Below, in pieces: positions 13,757-32,016 of a stretch of DNA of 64,000 bases (position 1 is the stretch's first letter; every line of letters begins with the position of its first letter). Origin of the DNA: Macrostomum lignano (Eukaryota); NCBI GenBank assembly GCA_002269645.1, contig NIVC01003351.1, forward strand, positions 38,900-102,899. The letters run 5' to 3'. A program made the position numbers and the translations under genes. Below the pieces are notes generated by a model. That model did not search any database. It worked only from the letters and a program-made list of their open reading frames with translations, and was not told the DNA's origin.

Positions 13757-14240
13757 TGCCTACTCTCTCCTCTGCCTACTCTCTCCTCTGCTTACTCTCT
13801 CTTCTGCTTACTCTCTCCTCTGCCTACTCTCTCCTCTGCTTACTCTCTCTTCTGCTTACTCTCTCTTCTGCTTACTCTCTCCTCTGCTTACTCTCTCCTC
13901 TGCCTACTCTCTCCTCTGCTTACTCTCTCTTCTGCTTACTCTCTCTTCTGCTTACTCTCTCCTCTGCTTACTCTCTCCTCTGCCTACTCTCTCCTCTGCT
14001 TACTCTCTCTTCTGCTTACTCTCTCCTCTGCCTACTCTCTCCTCTGTTTATTCTCCCGCTCTCTACTCTCTCCTTTGCCTACTCTCTCCTTTGCCTACTC
14101 TCTCCTTTGCCTACTCTCTCCACTGCCTACTCTCTCCGCTGCCTACTCTCTCCTCTGTTTATTCTCCCTGCTCTCTACTCTCCCCGCTCTTTATTCTCTT
14201 ACGCTCTCTACTCTCTTACATCTTCTCCTCTCCCCCGCTC
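13757..14240. repeat. 16-bp TACTCTCTCCTCTGCY repeat
   Basis: Direct inspection. Confidence 0.95.
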
Positions 14241-14771
14241 TCTACTCAAACTGTCAACGCTGTCTCATATTTTTAAGTACATTTAGTACTTTCAACTTTC
14301 TTCCTTTCTAGTTCTGTACTTTTTAGCCAAACGAGTTCACCAGGACAGAGAATTGCCAAGAACTGTGTCTCTCTAACTCTAGCAGATGAATCTAAAAATC
14401 TAATTTTCAAAAAAATCTAGCCAAAAATATAGGCGGCTAAGGCTGCATCTAAAAGCAAATGCCAGCAGTTGAATTCGCGTCTGCTATTTCTATTTGCTAT
14501 TTTCTCCGAGCATATGCGCCAAGCTTATCTTTTATGTCTCTATTCCATACTGCTAGGCAGCCCCCTGGCTTCCCACCCACCCAGCCAATCGATTTCTGAT
14601 GCTGATGAGGCATCCCAGCTGCTTTCTGGAAGCTGTTCGCGGGTTTAAGCCTTTCGGTCCCGTCTTCCGCTTCTCTGATCTTTAAAGGCTCGTCCTATGG
14701 TGTCTTAAAGCAAGGAGAATCTGGATTGGATATTTTTCTCCTTTTGAAACTAAATTTTTTAAACTAAAACA

Positions 14772-15250
14772 AAGAAATACGTTTCTGCAGCCTATGGCCG
14801 GCACAAGTGCAGGCTAATCAATACAAATACGTTTCTGTAGTCTATGGCCAGTGCAGGGTAATAAATACAGATACGTTTCTGCAGTCTATGGCCGGGCACA
14901 AGTGCAGGGTAATAAATGCAAATACGTTTCTGGAGTCTATGGCCGGGCACAAGTGCGGGTAATAAATACAGATACGTTTCTGCAGTCTATGGCCGGGCAC
15001 AAGTGCAGGGTAATAAATGCAAATACGTTTCTGGAGTCTATGGCCGGGCACAAGTGCGGGGTAATAAATACAGATACGTTTCTGCAGTCTATGGCCGGGC
15101 ACAAGTGCAGGGTAATAAATGCAAATACGTTTCTGGAGTCTATGGCCGGACACAAGTGCAGGGTAATACGTAAATGCATATACGTTTCTGTAGTCTATGG
15201 CTTGGCAAAGTGCAGGGTAATAAATACAAATATGTTTCTGTAGTCTATGG
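14772..15250. repeat. ~52-bp minisatellite ATACGTTTCTG..CTATGGCCGGGCACAAGTG
   Basis: Direct inspection. Confidence 0.93.
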
Positions 15251-15697
15251 CCCGCTTAAGTATCGAATAAAGAAACTTCCTTATTTACTAGCAAGCTCAG
15301 TTCCTATCCAGATAGGTTTTTAGTATTTCTCGACCGCTTCCTTTCCTATTTATCGCTTCGTTTTCCCAACCCCAACTGTCACCTGATGCTAATTCCTTTT
15401 AAAACTCCTAAGATCCCGATATCATGGTCTTTTTAACTGTCTACGCCTCTGACTGACTGACTTTCTTACTTGCTTTCAGCTGTTGCCAATAAGCACGACC
15501 CCATCTACCCCGCCATCCCAGTCGGATCTGCCACGCGCCCAACAGAAGAAAATCGTCAAAGACTCCCAAGAAAAGTTGCCGATGCACAAAAATACCTTTT
15601 TACTTTTGGGGTTCAATGGCTTTATTTGTATAGTTTTGAGAGTGAAAGCTTTTACAGTGGTTGATGAAATGTGAGAAGTACATTGATTGTGTAAATA

Positions 15698-16870
15698 TGC
15701 GAGTGACTGACGGAGTGAATAGTAGAGTGACTGACGGAGTGAATAGTGTAGTGCCTGACGGAGTGAATAGTAGAGTGACTGATGAAGTGAATAGTAGAGT
15801 GCCTGATGGAGCGAATAGTAGAGTGACTGACGGAGTGAATAGTAGAGTGACTGACGGAGTGAATAGTGTAGAACCTGACGGAGTGAATAGTAGAGTGACT
15901 GACGGAGTGAATAGTAGAGTGACTGACGGAGTGAATAGTAGAGTGACTGACGGAGTGAATAGTAGAGTGACTGACGGAGTGAATAGTAGAGAGACTGACG
16001 GAGTGAATAGTAGAGTGACTGACGGAGTGAATAGTAGAGTGACTGACGGAGTGAATAGTAGAGTGACTGACGTAGTGAATAGTAGAGTAACGGACCGAAA
16101 GAATAGTAGAGTGACTGATAGAGCGAATAGTAGAGTGACTGATGGAGCGAATAGTAGAGTGACTGACGGAGTGAATAGTAGAGAGACTGACGGAGTGAAT
16201 AGTAGAGTGACTGACGGAGTGAATAGTGTAGAACCTGACGGAGTGAATAGTAGAGTGACTGACGGAGTGAATAGTAGAGAGACTGACGGAGTGAATAGTA
16301 GAGTGACTGACGGAGTGAATAGTAGAGTGCCTGACGGAGTGAATAGTAGAGTGACTGACGTAGTGAATAGTAGAGTAACGGACCGAAAGAATAGTAGAGT
16401 GACTGATAGAGCGAATAGTAGAGTGACTGATAGAGCGAATAGTAGAGTGACTGATGGAGCGAATAGTAGAGTGACTGACGGAGCGAATAGTAGAGTGACT
16501 GACGGAGTGAATAGTGTAGTGCCTGACGGAGTGAATAGTAGAGTGACTGACGGAGTGAATAGTGTAGAGCCTGACGGAGTGAATAGTAGAGTGACTGACG
16601 GAGTGAATAGTAGAGTGACTGACGGAGTGAATAGTAGAGTGACTGACGGAGTGAATAGTAGAGTGACTGACGGAGTGAATAGTAGAGTGACTGACGAAGT
16701 GAATAGTAGAGTGACTGACGGAGTGAATAGTAGAGTGACTGACGGAGTGAATAGTTGAGTGACTGACGGAGTGAATAGTGTAGTGCCTGACGGAGTGAAT
16801 AGTAGAGTGACTGACAGAGTGAATAGTAGAGTGACGGACTGAGTGAGCTATAAGGTGACCGACGGACGGA
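15698..16870. repeat. 24-bp minisatellite AGTAGAGTGACTGACGGAGTGAAT
   Basis: Direct inspection. Confidence 0.97.
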
Positions 16871-16918
16871 GTGAACAGAAAAGTGAATGAATTTAATAAA
16901 GAGTGAAAAGTACAGAGT

Positions 16919-17224
16919 ATGGCTGTCATTAGAATAATGTGGCCCGCAAAAATCGGTAGAAAACATTTAAAAAAGCAACAGAAAAATGCAGAAATTATAT
17001 TGAAGCAACTGCACGACCAATTTTCGTTCATCACAAGAAAGCACAAGGAGAGGCAAAAAGAACAACCGGCTCTCGCTGCCAGAAGAGGCGGCACATGTAT
17101 TTCCAAGAAACACCAACAAAGCACAGGCCAGCAACAGAGCAGCATGGAGGAATTATCCAATTTTTCCCGCTTCGATCTTATCCGACGATCGTCGAGCTGT
17201 CCGCGGCAGTTCCAATTCAATTAG
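16919..17224 (+). CDS. Possible terminal exon of an unidentified gene (another candidate exon starts at 15480)
   Basis: Non-repetitive open frame ending LIRRSSSCPRQFQFN*, between minisatellites. There is a CTTTCAG acceptor at 15479. No homology recognised. Confidence 0.2.
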   Translation: MAVIRIMWPAKIGRKHLKKQQKNAEIILKQLHDQFSFITRKHKERQKEQPALAARRGGTCISKKHQQSTGQQQSSMEELSNFSRFDLIRRSSSCPRQFQFN

Positions 17225-17582
17225 TTTCTCGGAAAGGCGACACGTCGAAGGTCAGCTGGGGACGCTGCCCCCCCCCCTCCTCCCATTTGGTGGGTTCTGT
17301 TTGCTAGAGAGAGCTGAGGGAACAGCGCATTTTTGTTCTAATTAAACGCATGCAAAATCGGATTTTCGGGCAAAAGCAAAAAAGGGAAAGAAAGCGATAA
17401 GATGTCGTATAATTATTATTTTTGCTGAGCTGGTCACAGGTGCTTTGTGCTGTTTGAGTTCAAAGCCAGTGGGTTGACGAAGAACAGTTTGGACAGACAA
17501 ATGAGCATTAATCATTTAGTTTGAGATTCAATACCCGTTTCATATCCACGAGTCAGTTGAGATATGTTTGAAACAGTTGAAA

Positions 17583-18560
17583 GGATTGAGATTCTATGGG
17601 TGAGATTCTAATGGGTGAGATTCTAAGGGGTGAGATTCTAATGGGTGAGATTCTAATGGGTGAGATTCTAAGGGGTGAGATTCTAATGGGTGAGATTCTA
17701 ATGGGTGAGATTCTAAGGGGTGAGATTCTAAGGGGTGAGTTTCTGAGGGGTAAACTTCTAAGGGGTGAGATTCTAAGGGGTTGGATTCTAAGGGGTGAGA
17801 TTCTAAGGGGTGGGATTCTAAGGGGTGAGATTCTAAGGGGTGAGATTCTAAGGGGTGAGATTCTAAGGGGTGAGATTCTAAGGGGTGGGATTCTAAGGGG
17901 TGGGATTCTAAGGGGTGAGATTCTAAGGGTGAGATTCTAAAGGGTGAGATTCTAAGGGTGAGATTCTAGGGGTGAGATTCTAGGGTGAGATTCTAAGGGG
18001 TGAGATTCTGAAGGTGAGTTCTAATGGATGAGATTCTAAAGGGTGAGATTCTAAGGGTGAGATTCTAGGGGTGAGATTCTAGGGTGAGATTCTAAGGGTG
18101 AGATTCTAAAGGTGAGATTCTAAGGGGTGGGATTCTAAGGGGTGAGATTCTAAGGGGTGGGATTCTAAGGGGTGAGATTTTAAGAACTGAGATTTTAAGA
18201 ACTGAGATTCTAAGGGGTGAGATTCTAAGGGATGGGATTTTAAGAACTGAGATTCTAAGGGCTGGGATTCTAAGGGGTGAGATTCTAAGGGGTGAGATTC
18301 TAAGGGATGAGATTTTAAGGGGTGGGATTCTAAGGGGTGAGATTCTAAGGGATGAGATTTTAAGAACTGAGATTCTAAGGGGTGAGATTCTAAGGGGTGG
18401 GATTCTAAGGGGTGAGATTCTAAGGGGTGGGATTCTAAGGGATGAGATTTTAAGGGGTGGGATTCTAAGGGGTGAGATTCTAAGGGATGAGATTTTAAGA
18501 ACTGAGATGCTAAGAAGTGAGATTCTAATGGGTGAGACTCTAAGAGCTGAGATTCATAGA
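17583..18560. repeat. ~15-bp GGGTGAGATTCTAAG repeat
   Basis: Direct inspection. Confidence 0.95.
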
Positions 18561-19002
18561 GCTGACGTTTGAAGAAGTTAAAGTTGGAACATTTCCGAAT
18601 ATCACACTGTGGATTCTGCTAATCAATAGGCAATGCCTTCGGGCGGCTTTTTACTGTTTCAAAAATTGTTGTTTAATAATTATTTTTTTATTATAATTCA
18701 AAAAGCTCTTATAATTTTCCAATACAAAACTTGAAGAATTCGCATATATAACTACTATTGGTAGAACCTAAAAATACGAAAAAAATACTCAATTTATTCG
18801 ATCTTTCAGTGTCTACATTGTACAAAAAAGACAAAACTGGCAGACAAACTCTAACAATACGATAAAATGTAGAACTATTTGAATACAAAACTAAATGATT
18901 TGAAAAATGCTCACAGTTGCAATACAGATAACGATTGCTAATATGATAAAAGCAAATGTTATGCCTTAAAAGGAGTTCAAAGGCGATAGAGGGAGGGTGG
19001 TG

Positions 19003-20148
19003 TCAGTGTCTCTAGAAGCATGTCAGTGTCTCTAGAAGCATGTCAGTGTCTCTAGAAGCATGTCAGTGTCTCTAGAAGCATGTCAGCGTCTCTAGAAGCA
19101 TGTCAGTGTCTCTAGAAGCATGTCAGTGTCTCTAGAAGCATGTCAGTGTCTCTAGAAGCATGTCAGTGTCTCTAGAAGCATGTCAGCGTCTCTAGAAGCA
19201 TGTCAGTGTCTCTAGAAGCATGTCAGTGTCTCTAGAAGCATGTCAGCGTCTCTAGAAGCATGTCAGCGTCTCTAGAAGCATGTCAGTGTCTCTAGAAGCA
19301 TGTCAGTGTCTCTAGAAGCATGTCAGTGTCTCTAGAAGCATGTCAGCGTCTCTAGAAGCATGTCAGTGTCTCTAGAAGCATGTCAGTGTCTCTAGAAGCA
19401 TGTCAGTGTCTCTAGAAGCATGTCAAAGTCTCTAGAGTGGTGTCAGTGTCTCTAGAAGGTAGTCAGTGTCTCTAGAAGGTAGTCAGTGTCTCTAGAAGGT
19501 AGTCAGTGTCTCTAGAAGGTAGTCAGTGTCTCTAGAAGGTAGTCAGTGTCTCTAGAAGGTAGTCAGTGTCTCTAGAAGGTAGTCAGTGTCTCTAGAAGGT
19601 AGTCAGTGTCTCTAGAAGGTAGTCAGTGTCTCTAGAAGGTAGTCAGTGTCTCTAGAAGGTAGTCAGTGTCTCTAGAAGGTAGTCAGTGTCTCTAGAAGGT
19701 AGTCAGTGTCTCTAGAAGGTAGTCAGTGTCTCTAGAAGGTAGTCAGTGTCTCTAGAAGGTAGTCAGTGTCTCTAGAAGGTAGTCAGTGTCTCTAGAAGGT
19801 AGTCAGTGTCTCTAGAAGGTAGTCAGTGTCTCTAAAAGCATGCCAGTGTCTCTAGAAGCATGTCAGTGTCTCTAGAAGGTAGTCAGTGTCTCTAGAAGCA
19901 TGTCAGTGTCTCTAGAAGCATGTCAGTGTCTCTAGAAGGTAGTCAGTGTCTCTAGAAGGTAGTCAGTGTCTCTATAAGCATGTCAGTGTCTTTAGAAGCA
20001 TGTCAGTGTCTCTAGAAGGTAGTCAGTGTCTCTAGAAGGTAGTCAGTGTCTCTAGAAGGTAGTCAGTGTCTCTAGAAGGTAGTCAGTGTCTCTAGAAGGT
20101 AGTCAGTGTCTCTAGAAGGTAGTCAGTGTCTCTAGAAGCATGTCTGTG
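19003..20148. repeat. 20-bp GTCAGTGTCTCTAGAAG(CAT/GTA) minisatellite with two variant blocks
   Basis: Direct inspection. Confidence 0.97.
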
Positions 20149-20209
20149 TCTCTTCATGTATGTCAATATTTCTGAGAAGTTTGGTCATATATAAAAGCTC
20201 CAATTGCAG

Positions 20210-24473
<4,264 letters not shown>

Positions 24474-25195
24474 TCTAGCAACTATTCAATTCAAGCGCTT
24501 ATTTCTGATGGACAAACAAACTAAAAAGCTTGAAGGCTTGAGCAGAGATATGATGGGTTTTTGCGGATGTCTTCCGTATTTAAAAATGAAGAAAGAAAAA
24601 ATCCAGCTGGCTATTTTGTTTTTTTCCAAGCCAAACAAGTTTGAGTATTGTACACTGCTCTCCTGTCTCTCCGTCTCTTCTATTCATCTATCAATTGTTT
24701 CAGCTCTCCAGTCCAACCCCTGCAGTGCTTTACTTTACTGCCGAGATTTTATTTCACTGACTGAAGCCTCAAACTTAAATGCGCCGAGTTACGCGGTACA
24801 AACGCCCACTCAAAGTCAGAGAATACAGTAATTTATAAACAATGTTCTCAACTGTCTCCCTCAGATACCTGCAGCTAGTTGGTGGGGGTATTGCACTTGC
24901 ACAAAAGCTTTTACAGTCTATCTGTATCTCGAATAATGTCGAATATAGAGCTGCCAACGACCGCCAATATGGCAGTAAAAGGGACCTACAACAGATAAGT
25001 ACAAGAAAGTTTGATGTGCGACGGAAGCCCCCCCCCGTCCCCCGTGTCTCTGGGGGTGACGCAGAGGTATTTATTCGATACAATGGAAGCTTTTATGTCA
25101 GAAAACACAAAGTTGAACGCGAATAATAATTATTGCAAGTAAAAAACACCTACACTCAGCGACATCTTACAGTTTCTCTCACGAAACCAGAACTC

Positions 25196-25502
<307 letters not shown>

Positions 25503-26083
25503 TTATACGAGTACTACACATTAAAGAGACGCCACGTAGGTTTACCCAATCAAACACTATTAGCTACATGAAATGTCAAACGCACATCTGCCCCACCGTC
25601 TATACTGCTGTCTCTGGAATGCATAGCTGTCAGGCATAAGTCTCTATATGCCCTTAAAACCCCAGCAAAGCAAACAGGCGGAGCTGCCCAGATAAGAAAT
25701 CCACATATGCCCGGCTGCAGCTGTATAATCCGACCACTTTAGGATGCAATGCGACCGAATTCGGCAATTTCAGTTTTGTCGCGGAACCACTTCGGCAAAT
25801 GGTCGTCTAGCGGAGTTGCAGTTTGACATGCACGCGCTCCGGAATAGAAAAACATATCCCCAAGCGTTCTTGGGCTTCCCCAAGGGAATTAAAACGAACA
25901 CAGCAGTTCGAATCTGTAGAATGAATATATTTATGCACAGCCCCACTCGATATTTTGGTTTCGAGTTTGAATTCAAACTTTTCAATTTCGACAATTTCTG
26001 AGCTTCCGAATTAGTCGGTCAGATTTATACTAAATGCCTCTTCGTTGTCAACAAAGAAACATTAGTAACCTTGTTAGATTATT

Positions 26084-27350
26084 ATGCAGAAGCTTCTGCT
26101 GCTATCTGCTACTCACTACTGACTATGACCTGCAGCGTGCAATGTGAGTGACGGTTCTTTAGCTCGAATTATAATAGAATTTCAGTTACTGCAGTTGACA
26201 GGCACTAAAGTAAAAACACTCAAGTAACAGACTAGTTTACAGACACTTCAGTCAACAGACTAGTTTACAGACACTTCAGTTAACAGACTAGTTTACAGAC
26301 ACTTCAGTTAACAGACTAGTTTACAGACACTTCAGTTAACAGACTAGTTTACAGACACTTCAGTCAACAGACTAGTTTACAGACACTTCAGTTAACAGAG
26401 TCCTAGTTTGCAGACACTTCAGTCAACAGACTACTGGCTTACAGACACTTGAGTCAACAGACTAGTTTACAGACACTTCAGTCAACAGACTAGTTTACAG
26501 ACACTTCAGTTAACAGACTAGTTTACAGACACTTCAGTTAACAGACTAGTTTACAGACACTTCAGTTAACAGACTAGTTTACAGACACTTCAGTCAACAG
26601 ACTAGTTTACAGACACTTCAGTTAACAGAGTCCTAGTTTGCAGACACTTCAGTCAACAGACTACTGGCTTACAGACACTTGAGTCAACAGACTAGTTTAC
26701 AGACACTTCAGTCAACAGACTAGTTTACAGACACTTGAGTCAACAGACTAGTTTACAGACACTTCAGTTAACAGACTAGTTTACAGACACTTCAGTTAAC
26801 AGACTAGTTTACAGACACTTCAGTTAACAGAAGAGTTTACAGACACAGTCACTGTTGCATTATTAGTGCAACCCTATGCATCAAACTTACTTTTTTACCC
26901 ACAGTCTCATCCGCAAGCATTGACTGCTTCGTCTGCGAGTCAATCAACGGCTCCAATCCAGCCTGTCACGACCCGTTTGACTCCCGACCAGCCGCCGGCG
27001 CCCAGCTTGTCCAGGACTGCCGTCAGGGTCGTTTAGGTCGATCTGGCCAATTCCCAGCGCGCTACTGCTTCAAGCTCAAAGGTCGCCAGCAGTCCAACGG
27101 TCAGCAGGTGCTGATTCGACGGTGCTCAATTGACACACTAATAGAGAATTCTAAGAATAGCCACTGCGGTCGGTTTGCCGTCACTAAGTCGCTAATTGGG
27201 CAGGCTGAACAATCTGATGATAGCAGAGAATATTTTGACGGATGCGTGTCAATGTGCCGCTACGACGGCTGCAACGGCGCCGCAGCTGATAGCGCCAGTT
27301 TGCTTACTAATGCGCTCCTCGCACTGACGCTCGTTTTAGCTCGCTTATAA
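26084..27350 (+). CDS. Quiver/sleepless-like Ly6/uPAR three-finger protein, probably GPI-anchored; exons ~26084-26143 and 26905-27350
   Basis: The exon reads IDCFVCES..NPACHDPF..C..YCFK..RRC..HCG..GCVSMCRYDGCN and ends in a hydrophobic C-terminal tail. The GTGAGT donor at 26144 is in phase with the acceptor at 26904. The start of exon 1 is uncertain. Confidence 0.8.
26225..26845. repeat. 28-bp CAGACTAGTTTACAGACACTTCAGTYAA repeat in the Ly6 intron
   Basis: Direct inspection. Confidence 0.95.
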
Positions 27351-27397
27351 AGTTTTGAGCGCCTCATGTGTGACCGTGAATTTTTACTCAGCTTGGT

Positions 27398-28170
27398 TTT
27401 GTTTGCCGCTCATTACAGGCTGCTTGCTACAGGCCGCTCATTACAGGCCGCTCATTACAGGCTGCTCATTACAGGCCGCTCATTACAGGCTGCTTATTAT
27501 TACAGGCTGGTCATTACAGGCTTGCTCATTACAGGCTGCTTATTTTTACAGGCTGGTCATTACAGGCTTGCTCATTACAGGCCGCTCATTACAGGCCGCT
27601 CATTACAGGCTGCTTGCTACAGGCCGCTCATTACAGGCTGCTTATTATTACAGGCTGGTCATTACAGGCTTGCTCATTACAGGCTGCTTATTTTTACAGG
27701 CTGGTCATTACAGGCTTGCTCATTACAGGCTGCTTATTTTTACAGGCTGGTCATTACAGGCTTGCTCATTACAGGCCGCTCATTACAGGCTGCTTGCTAC
27801 AGGCCGCTCATTACAGGCTGCTTATTTTTACAGGCTGGTCATTACAGGCTTGCTCATTACAGGCCGCTCATTACAGGCCGCTCATTACAGGCCGCTCATT
27901 ACAGGCTGCTTGCTACAGGCCGCTCATTACAGACTGCTCATTACAGGCCGCTCATTACAGGCTGCTCATTACAGGCCGCTCATTACAGGCTGTTCAATAC
28001 AGAATGCTCATTACAGGCTGGTCATTAGAGGCCGCTCATTACAGGCTGGTCATTAGAGGCTGGTCATTACAGGCTGGTCATTAGAGGCCGCTCATTACAG
28101 GCTGTTCATTACAGGCCACTCATTACAGACCGCTTTTATTACAGGCCACTCACTAAAGGCCACTCATTAC
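27398..28170. repeat. GCTCATTACAGGC-based repeat (13-16-bp variants)
   Basis: Direct inspection. Confidence 0.95.
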
Positions 28171-28744
28171 AGTAAAAATGCAGAATTATTTTTCGACCTT
28201 CGCACTATTGCGAATTGACATATATACTACTAATTAATAAGTAGCTTACGAGTACAGCAATAATAAAAAATAATGCAAGGTTAACACTTTCAAATTGATT
28301 TAATTGACTAAGTTTTGCTCATTGAATCAAGCTGTATATCAGTAATTTACATTTGTTTCATTTATCCTATCAGTCTTTAGTGCATTGTGTTGGAGCGAAA
28401 AATTAATGATTTAGCCATATGCTAGAATAAAAATAATTCTAGAAACAAAATACTTTGGAAGCTGTAACCAAGAAATAAGAAAAATGGATTTTTTGGTGAA
28501 CTATTGAAGTGTCACACAGGTTCACGCCATTCAAATACTGTACATTCTTTACATAGGTACTAAAAATAATACAAAAAATGCAGTCAATTTGTTCGGAAAG
28601 AAACTTGACCAGCAGTTCAGCAGGTACTTTTGTTAATTACTGCAGTCATTAGCGCGTTTCTGTCTGCTTGTAAATCATTGTTTGCTTTAATTTTTTGGCA
28701 CATTGTAAAACTAACCCTAGACTTGGTAAACTTTAAGTTTTCGA

Positions 28745-29255
28745 AATGATCCCAAATTCCCATAACTATCCAAAATGATCCCAAATCCCCATAGCTATCT
28801 AAAATGGTCTCAAATCCCCATAACTATCCAAAATGATCCCAAATCCCCATAGCTATCCAAAATGATCCCAAATCCCCATAGCTATCCAAAATGATCTCAA
28901 ATCCCCATAGCTATCCAAAATGATCCCAAATCCCCATAGCTATCCAAAATGATCCCAAATCCCCATAGCTATCCAAAAAGATCCCAAATCCCCATAGCTA
29001 TCCAAAATGATCCCAAATCCCCATAGCTATCCAAAATGATCCCAAATCCCCATAGCTGTCCAAAATGATCTCAAATCCCCATAGCTATCCAAAATGATCC
29101 CAAATCCCCATAGCTATCCAAAATGATCCCAAATCCCCATAGCTATCCAAAATGAACCCAAATCCCCATAGCTATCCAAAATGAACCCAAATCCCTATAG
29201 GTACCCAAAATGATCCCAAATCCTCTCCAAAATATCCAATATGATCCCAAATCCC
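28745..29255. repeat. 29-bp CAAAATGATCCCAAATCCCCATAGCTATC repeat
   Basis: Direct inspection. Confidence 0.95.
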
Positions 29256-29300
29256 AGCGTCACTCCGATTGTAGCGATAAATCAAATTATTTGTCAGTGA

Positions 29301-31879
29301 TCACACGGTAAGATCGCTGGGATCCCAGTTATCATTAGGTATGTGCGTCACCTCCGTGGCGTCTCGCACGTACGGATTGTTGGCGTCCCCCTCCGGTCGG
29401 GGAGCCGCTGCCACCCAAGATGGTCGCAGTCGATCCAGTGCGTCGCTGGCCTCGCCGTGAACAAAGACCAGCAGTTCCAGACGGTTAAGCGCCTCTCGCA
29501 TCACCTGACGCTTCTCAGTTCGAGACATGGGCGGCAGGGGCACCCCGCCAACTGAGATGCTCGGCTCGATGCCGTCCGCTCGCATCTCCTCGGCTGGCAC
29601 GATTAGATCTTCCTCCGTGGTCGGATTGCGATACTCCGCCTGCGATTGAAAATGTGAACTTTCGATACATATCGGCTCGTAATCTTAATTTCATTTTTAA
29701 CATAATTTCGATACATTTCGGCTCGAAACCTATAAGTTGATGGAAATTTTATGATAGATATATCAGAGCGCAATTTTCATAGTGATTCAAGTTATTTTTC
29801 GATACATATCGGATTGGATATTTATTTCGATACATATCGATCCAAAATCTTTTTAATTTAAGATATTTTCGATACATATCGGAGCGAAATTTTATCTTGA
29901 TTAAAGTTATTTTTTATACATATCGGATTGAATATTTATTTATTTTTATTATTTTCGATACATATCGGCAAGAAATAATACACCTATGTAATTATTACCT
30001 TATAGTGCGCCATTGACATGTTAAATCCGGTGCGCATCTCGTCTAAATAGGTCTCTTGAATTTTCTGATACTTATTCCAGAAGAGTGTACGGTTCTTGCC
30101 GTCTCGCATGACTAGAAATTTGAGCAGATTGAGACCAGCTAGAAGAGCCTCGCCCTCCTCCAGCATATCCGACACGGCGCCCCTAGGCAGGCTAAACGCT
30201 TTCTCAAGCATTCTCAAAGCAGACGAACCGGTGAACAGGTCCACCTGTTGACAGGTTTTACCAGAGTCAGCCAATTCAATAGCTAAAGCGATTTGATCTT
30301 TTAGCCGGCTGATGAAGAAGCCACGGCAGCTGGGATGGTCCTGAGAGTGGAGGCTGCGCAGGATGGCTCGATGCCGGCCAACGGGTCCGATAGCGGCAAA
30401 GATGGCGGACAGGCAGTCCAGGGCCAGCTTCCGGCAGTCGGAGGCTGGGTGATGGATGAGGCAGTGCTGCAGTGAGGACCAGAATTCGACAAACTCCTCG
30501 AGATCCCATAGGCCGGGATCGAGAGAGTCCGGGCTGAGCAGCAGACGGTTGAGCACGGTTAGGGAGGCTCGCGCTGAGGCCGACAGCTCGGCTGATAGGG
30601 AAGCTGAGAGCACCGGAAGGAGGCGCCTCATCAGGTAGGCGCTGGAGTACACCTGCCCAGTGACGAGTTGTTGGTCAACTGTCATTGCTAGAAAGGATAC
30701 TAAATAAGATGAGAACAGTCTGCTCCCCTGATGGGGATATAATCCCACACACACCTGATAGAGGGGATATAATCCCAGACACACCTGACAGATGGGATAT
30801 AATCCCAGACACACCTGATAGATGGGATATAATCCCACACACACCTGATAGATGGGATATAATCCCACATACACCTGATAGATGAGATATAATCCCAGAA
30901 ACACCTGATAGATGGGATATAATCCCAGACACACCTAATAGATGGGATATAATCCCACACACACACCTGATAAGGGGGATATAATCCCACACACACCTGA
31001 TAAGGGGGATATAATATAGGACAGTGAACATCCCACACTCACCTGAGGAAAAGCAGCGCCAACCCCGCAGGCTCCAGTCAGAACAACAAACGCCAAAGCC
31101 AATCTGGCCTGAGAGGATGCAGTGACGTCATCAACAGACCCATCCAGCACCAGATCGACCAGGCGATGGCCCAGCACACCAGTTAGCAGTTTGGTGACTT
31201 CCGCAGCTAATTCGCAAGCATCGGATTTAAGCCGCTGATCTTTACCGGTCCAGCACAGATCCGCAGGTAGAAGCGGTTTCTCCAGCAATTTAAGCCCATT
31301 ATTAGTCACAGCTCGAACTAGTCTATTCGGCGGATTCGAACCCGCGTCCTGCAACAAATCGTTTATGAATTGCACTAGCTGACTAGTTAATCTCAGAGCT
31401 CGTTGAGTCTCCGGATCTGACTGCATCAAGGCTAATTCTTCGCCTTCAAGCTGAGGCGGAGGATCTTCGCAGGACTGAATATGAGCGCCGAGAACTTCGA
31501 GAGCAGCCTCTGCGCTAGCGGCGCCAGCCCGACTCAAGCAATTCCTAACCGACGGAATCAAGTGCTCAAATCGGCAATCGTCTTTAAAACAGTCTAGCGC
31601 TTCCATCAGCACCAGGAGGACTTCTTTGGCGCTGCCGATTTTTGATACCCGATCTCTGAGCACAGTTGAGCATAGGACAAATAATACAGGCTGATTCTCA
31701 AGATTCCCCTGAGTCAGATAGAGCGACAGGCATCGGGCAATGTCCCATGCTTCTATAGCCAAGGCTTCATCTGTGGCTGAGTCCAGACATCTGCGCAGCC
31801 TCTGTTCGTCATCTGCAGCTAGGCTCTGCTCAACTTCCGCTGTTAGCGGCAGCTGCGGTTTGGGCGCTTCGGGATCCAT
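29301..31879 (-). CDS. GLMN: Glomulin (YAP-binding/ALF4/glomulin family); exons 31879-31043, 30652-29999, 29639-29301, 609 aa
   Basis: Phase-0 GT-AG joins give FPQ|VYSSAYL and HYK|AEYRN. GFNMSMAHYKAEY..SISVGGVPLPPMS..QVMREAL parallels the glomulin C-terminus; KEVLLVLME matches the N-terminal region. Confidence 0.85.
29655..29970. repeat. Degenerate repeat with the palindromic core CGATACATATCG in GLMN intron 2
   Basis: TTTCGATACATATCGG-like units recur several times. Confidence 0.8.
30728..31020. repeat. ~30-bp CACCTGATAGATGGGATATAATCCCACAC repeat in GLMN intron 1
   Basis: Direct inspection. Confidence 0.93.
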
Positions 31880-32016
31880 GCATTCAGATTAGTTTTGATG
31901 TTATGGCGGATGGGACCTTTTTGAACGTCTGATTATGAGAATTCATAACTATACGAGCGTACAGAAGTTTATAACATACCCTGCTAAGCCTGCATATCTG
32001 GACAGTCTCATCTGCC

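Noticed and set aside
12488-14311. Long ORFs of 527-607 aa
   Set aside because: They run through the N gap and flanking minisatellites.
14597-14640. CTGATGA hammerhead-core-like heptamer
   Set aside because: No downstream GAAA, stem II/III or cleavage triplet in the right geometry.
15476-17220. Long repetitive ORFs (SRVTDGVN, LYYSLRQS, HSTIHSVS repeats)
   Set aside because: They are translations of a 24-bp minisatellite open in several frames on both strands.
27355-28084. Hydrophobic repeat ORFs after the Ly6 gene
   Set aside because: Minisatellite translations open in all three frames.
30653-30690. Alternative GLMN acceptor TTTCTAG at 30688
   Set aside because: It is out of phase with the exon 1 donor; the CAG at 30653 gives the homologous FPQ|VYS reading.
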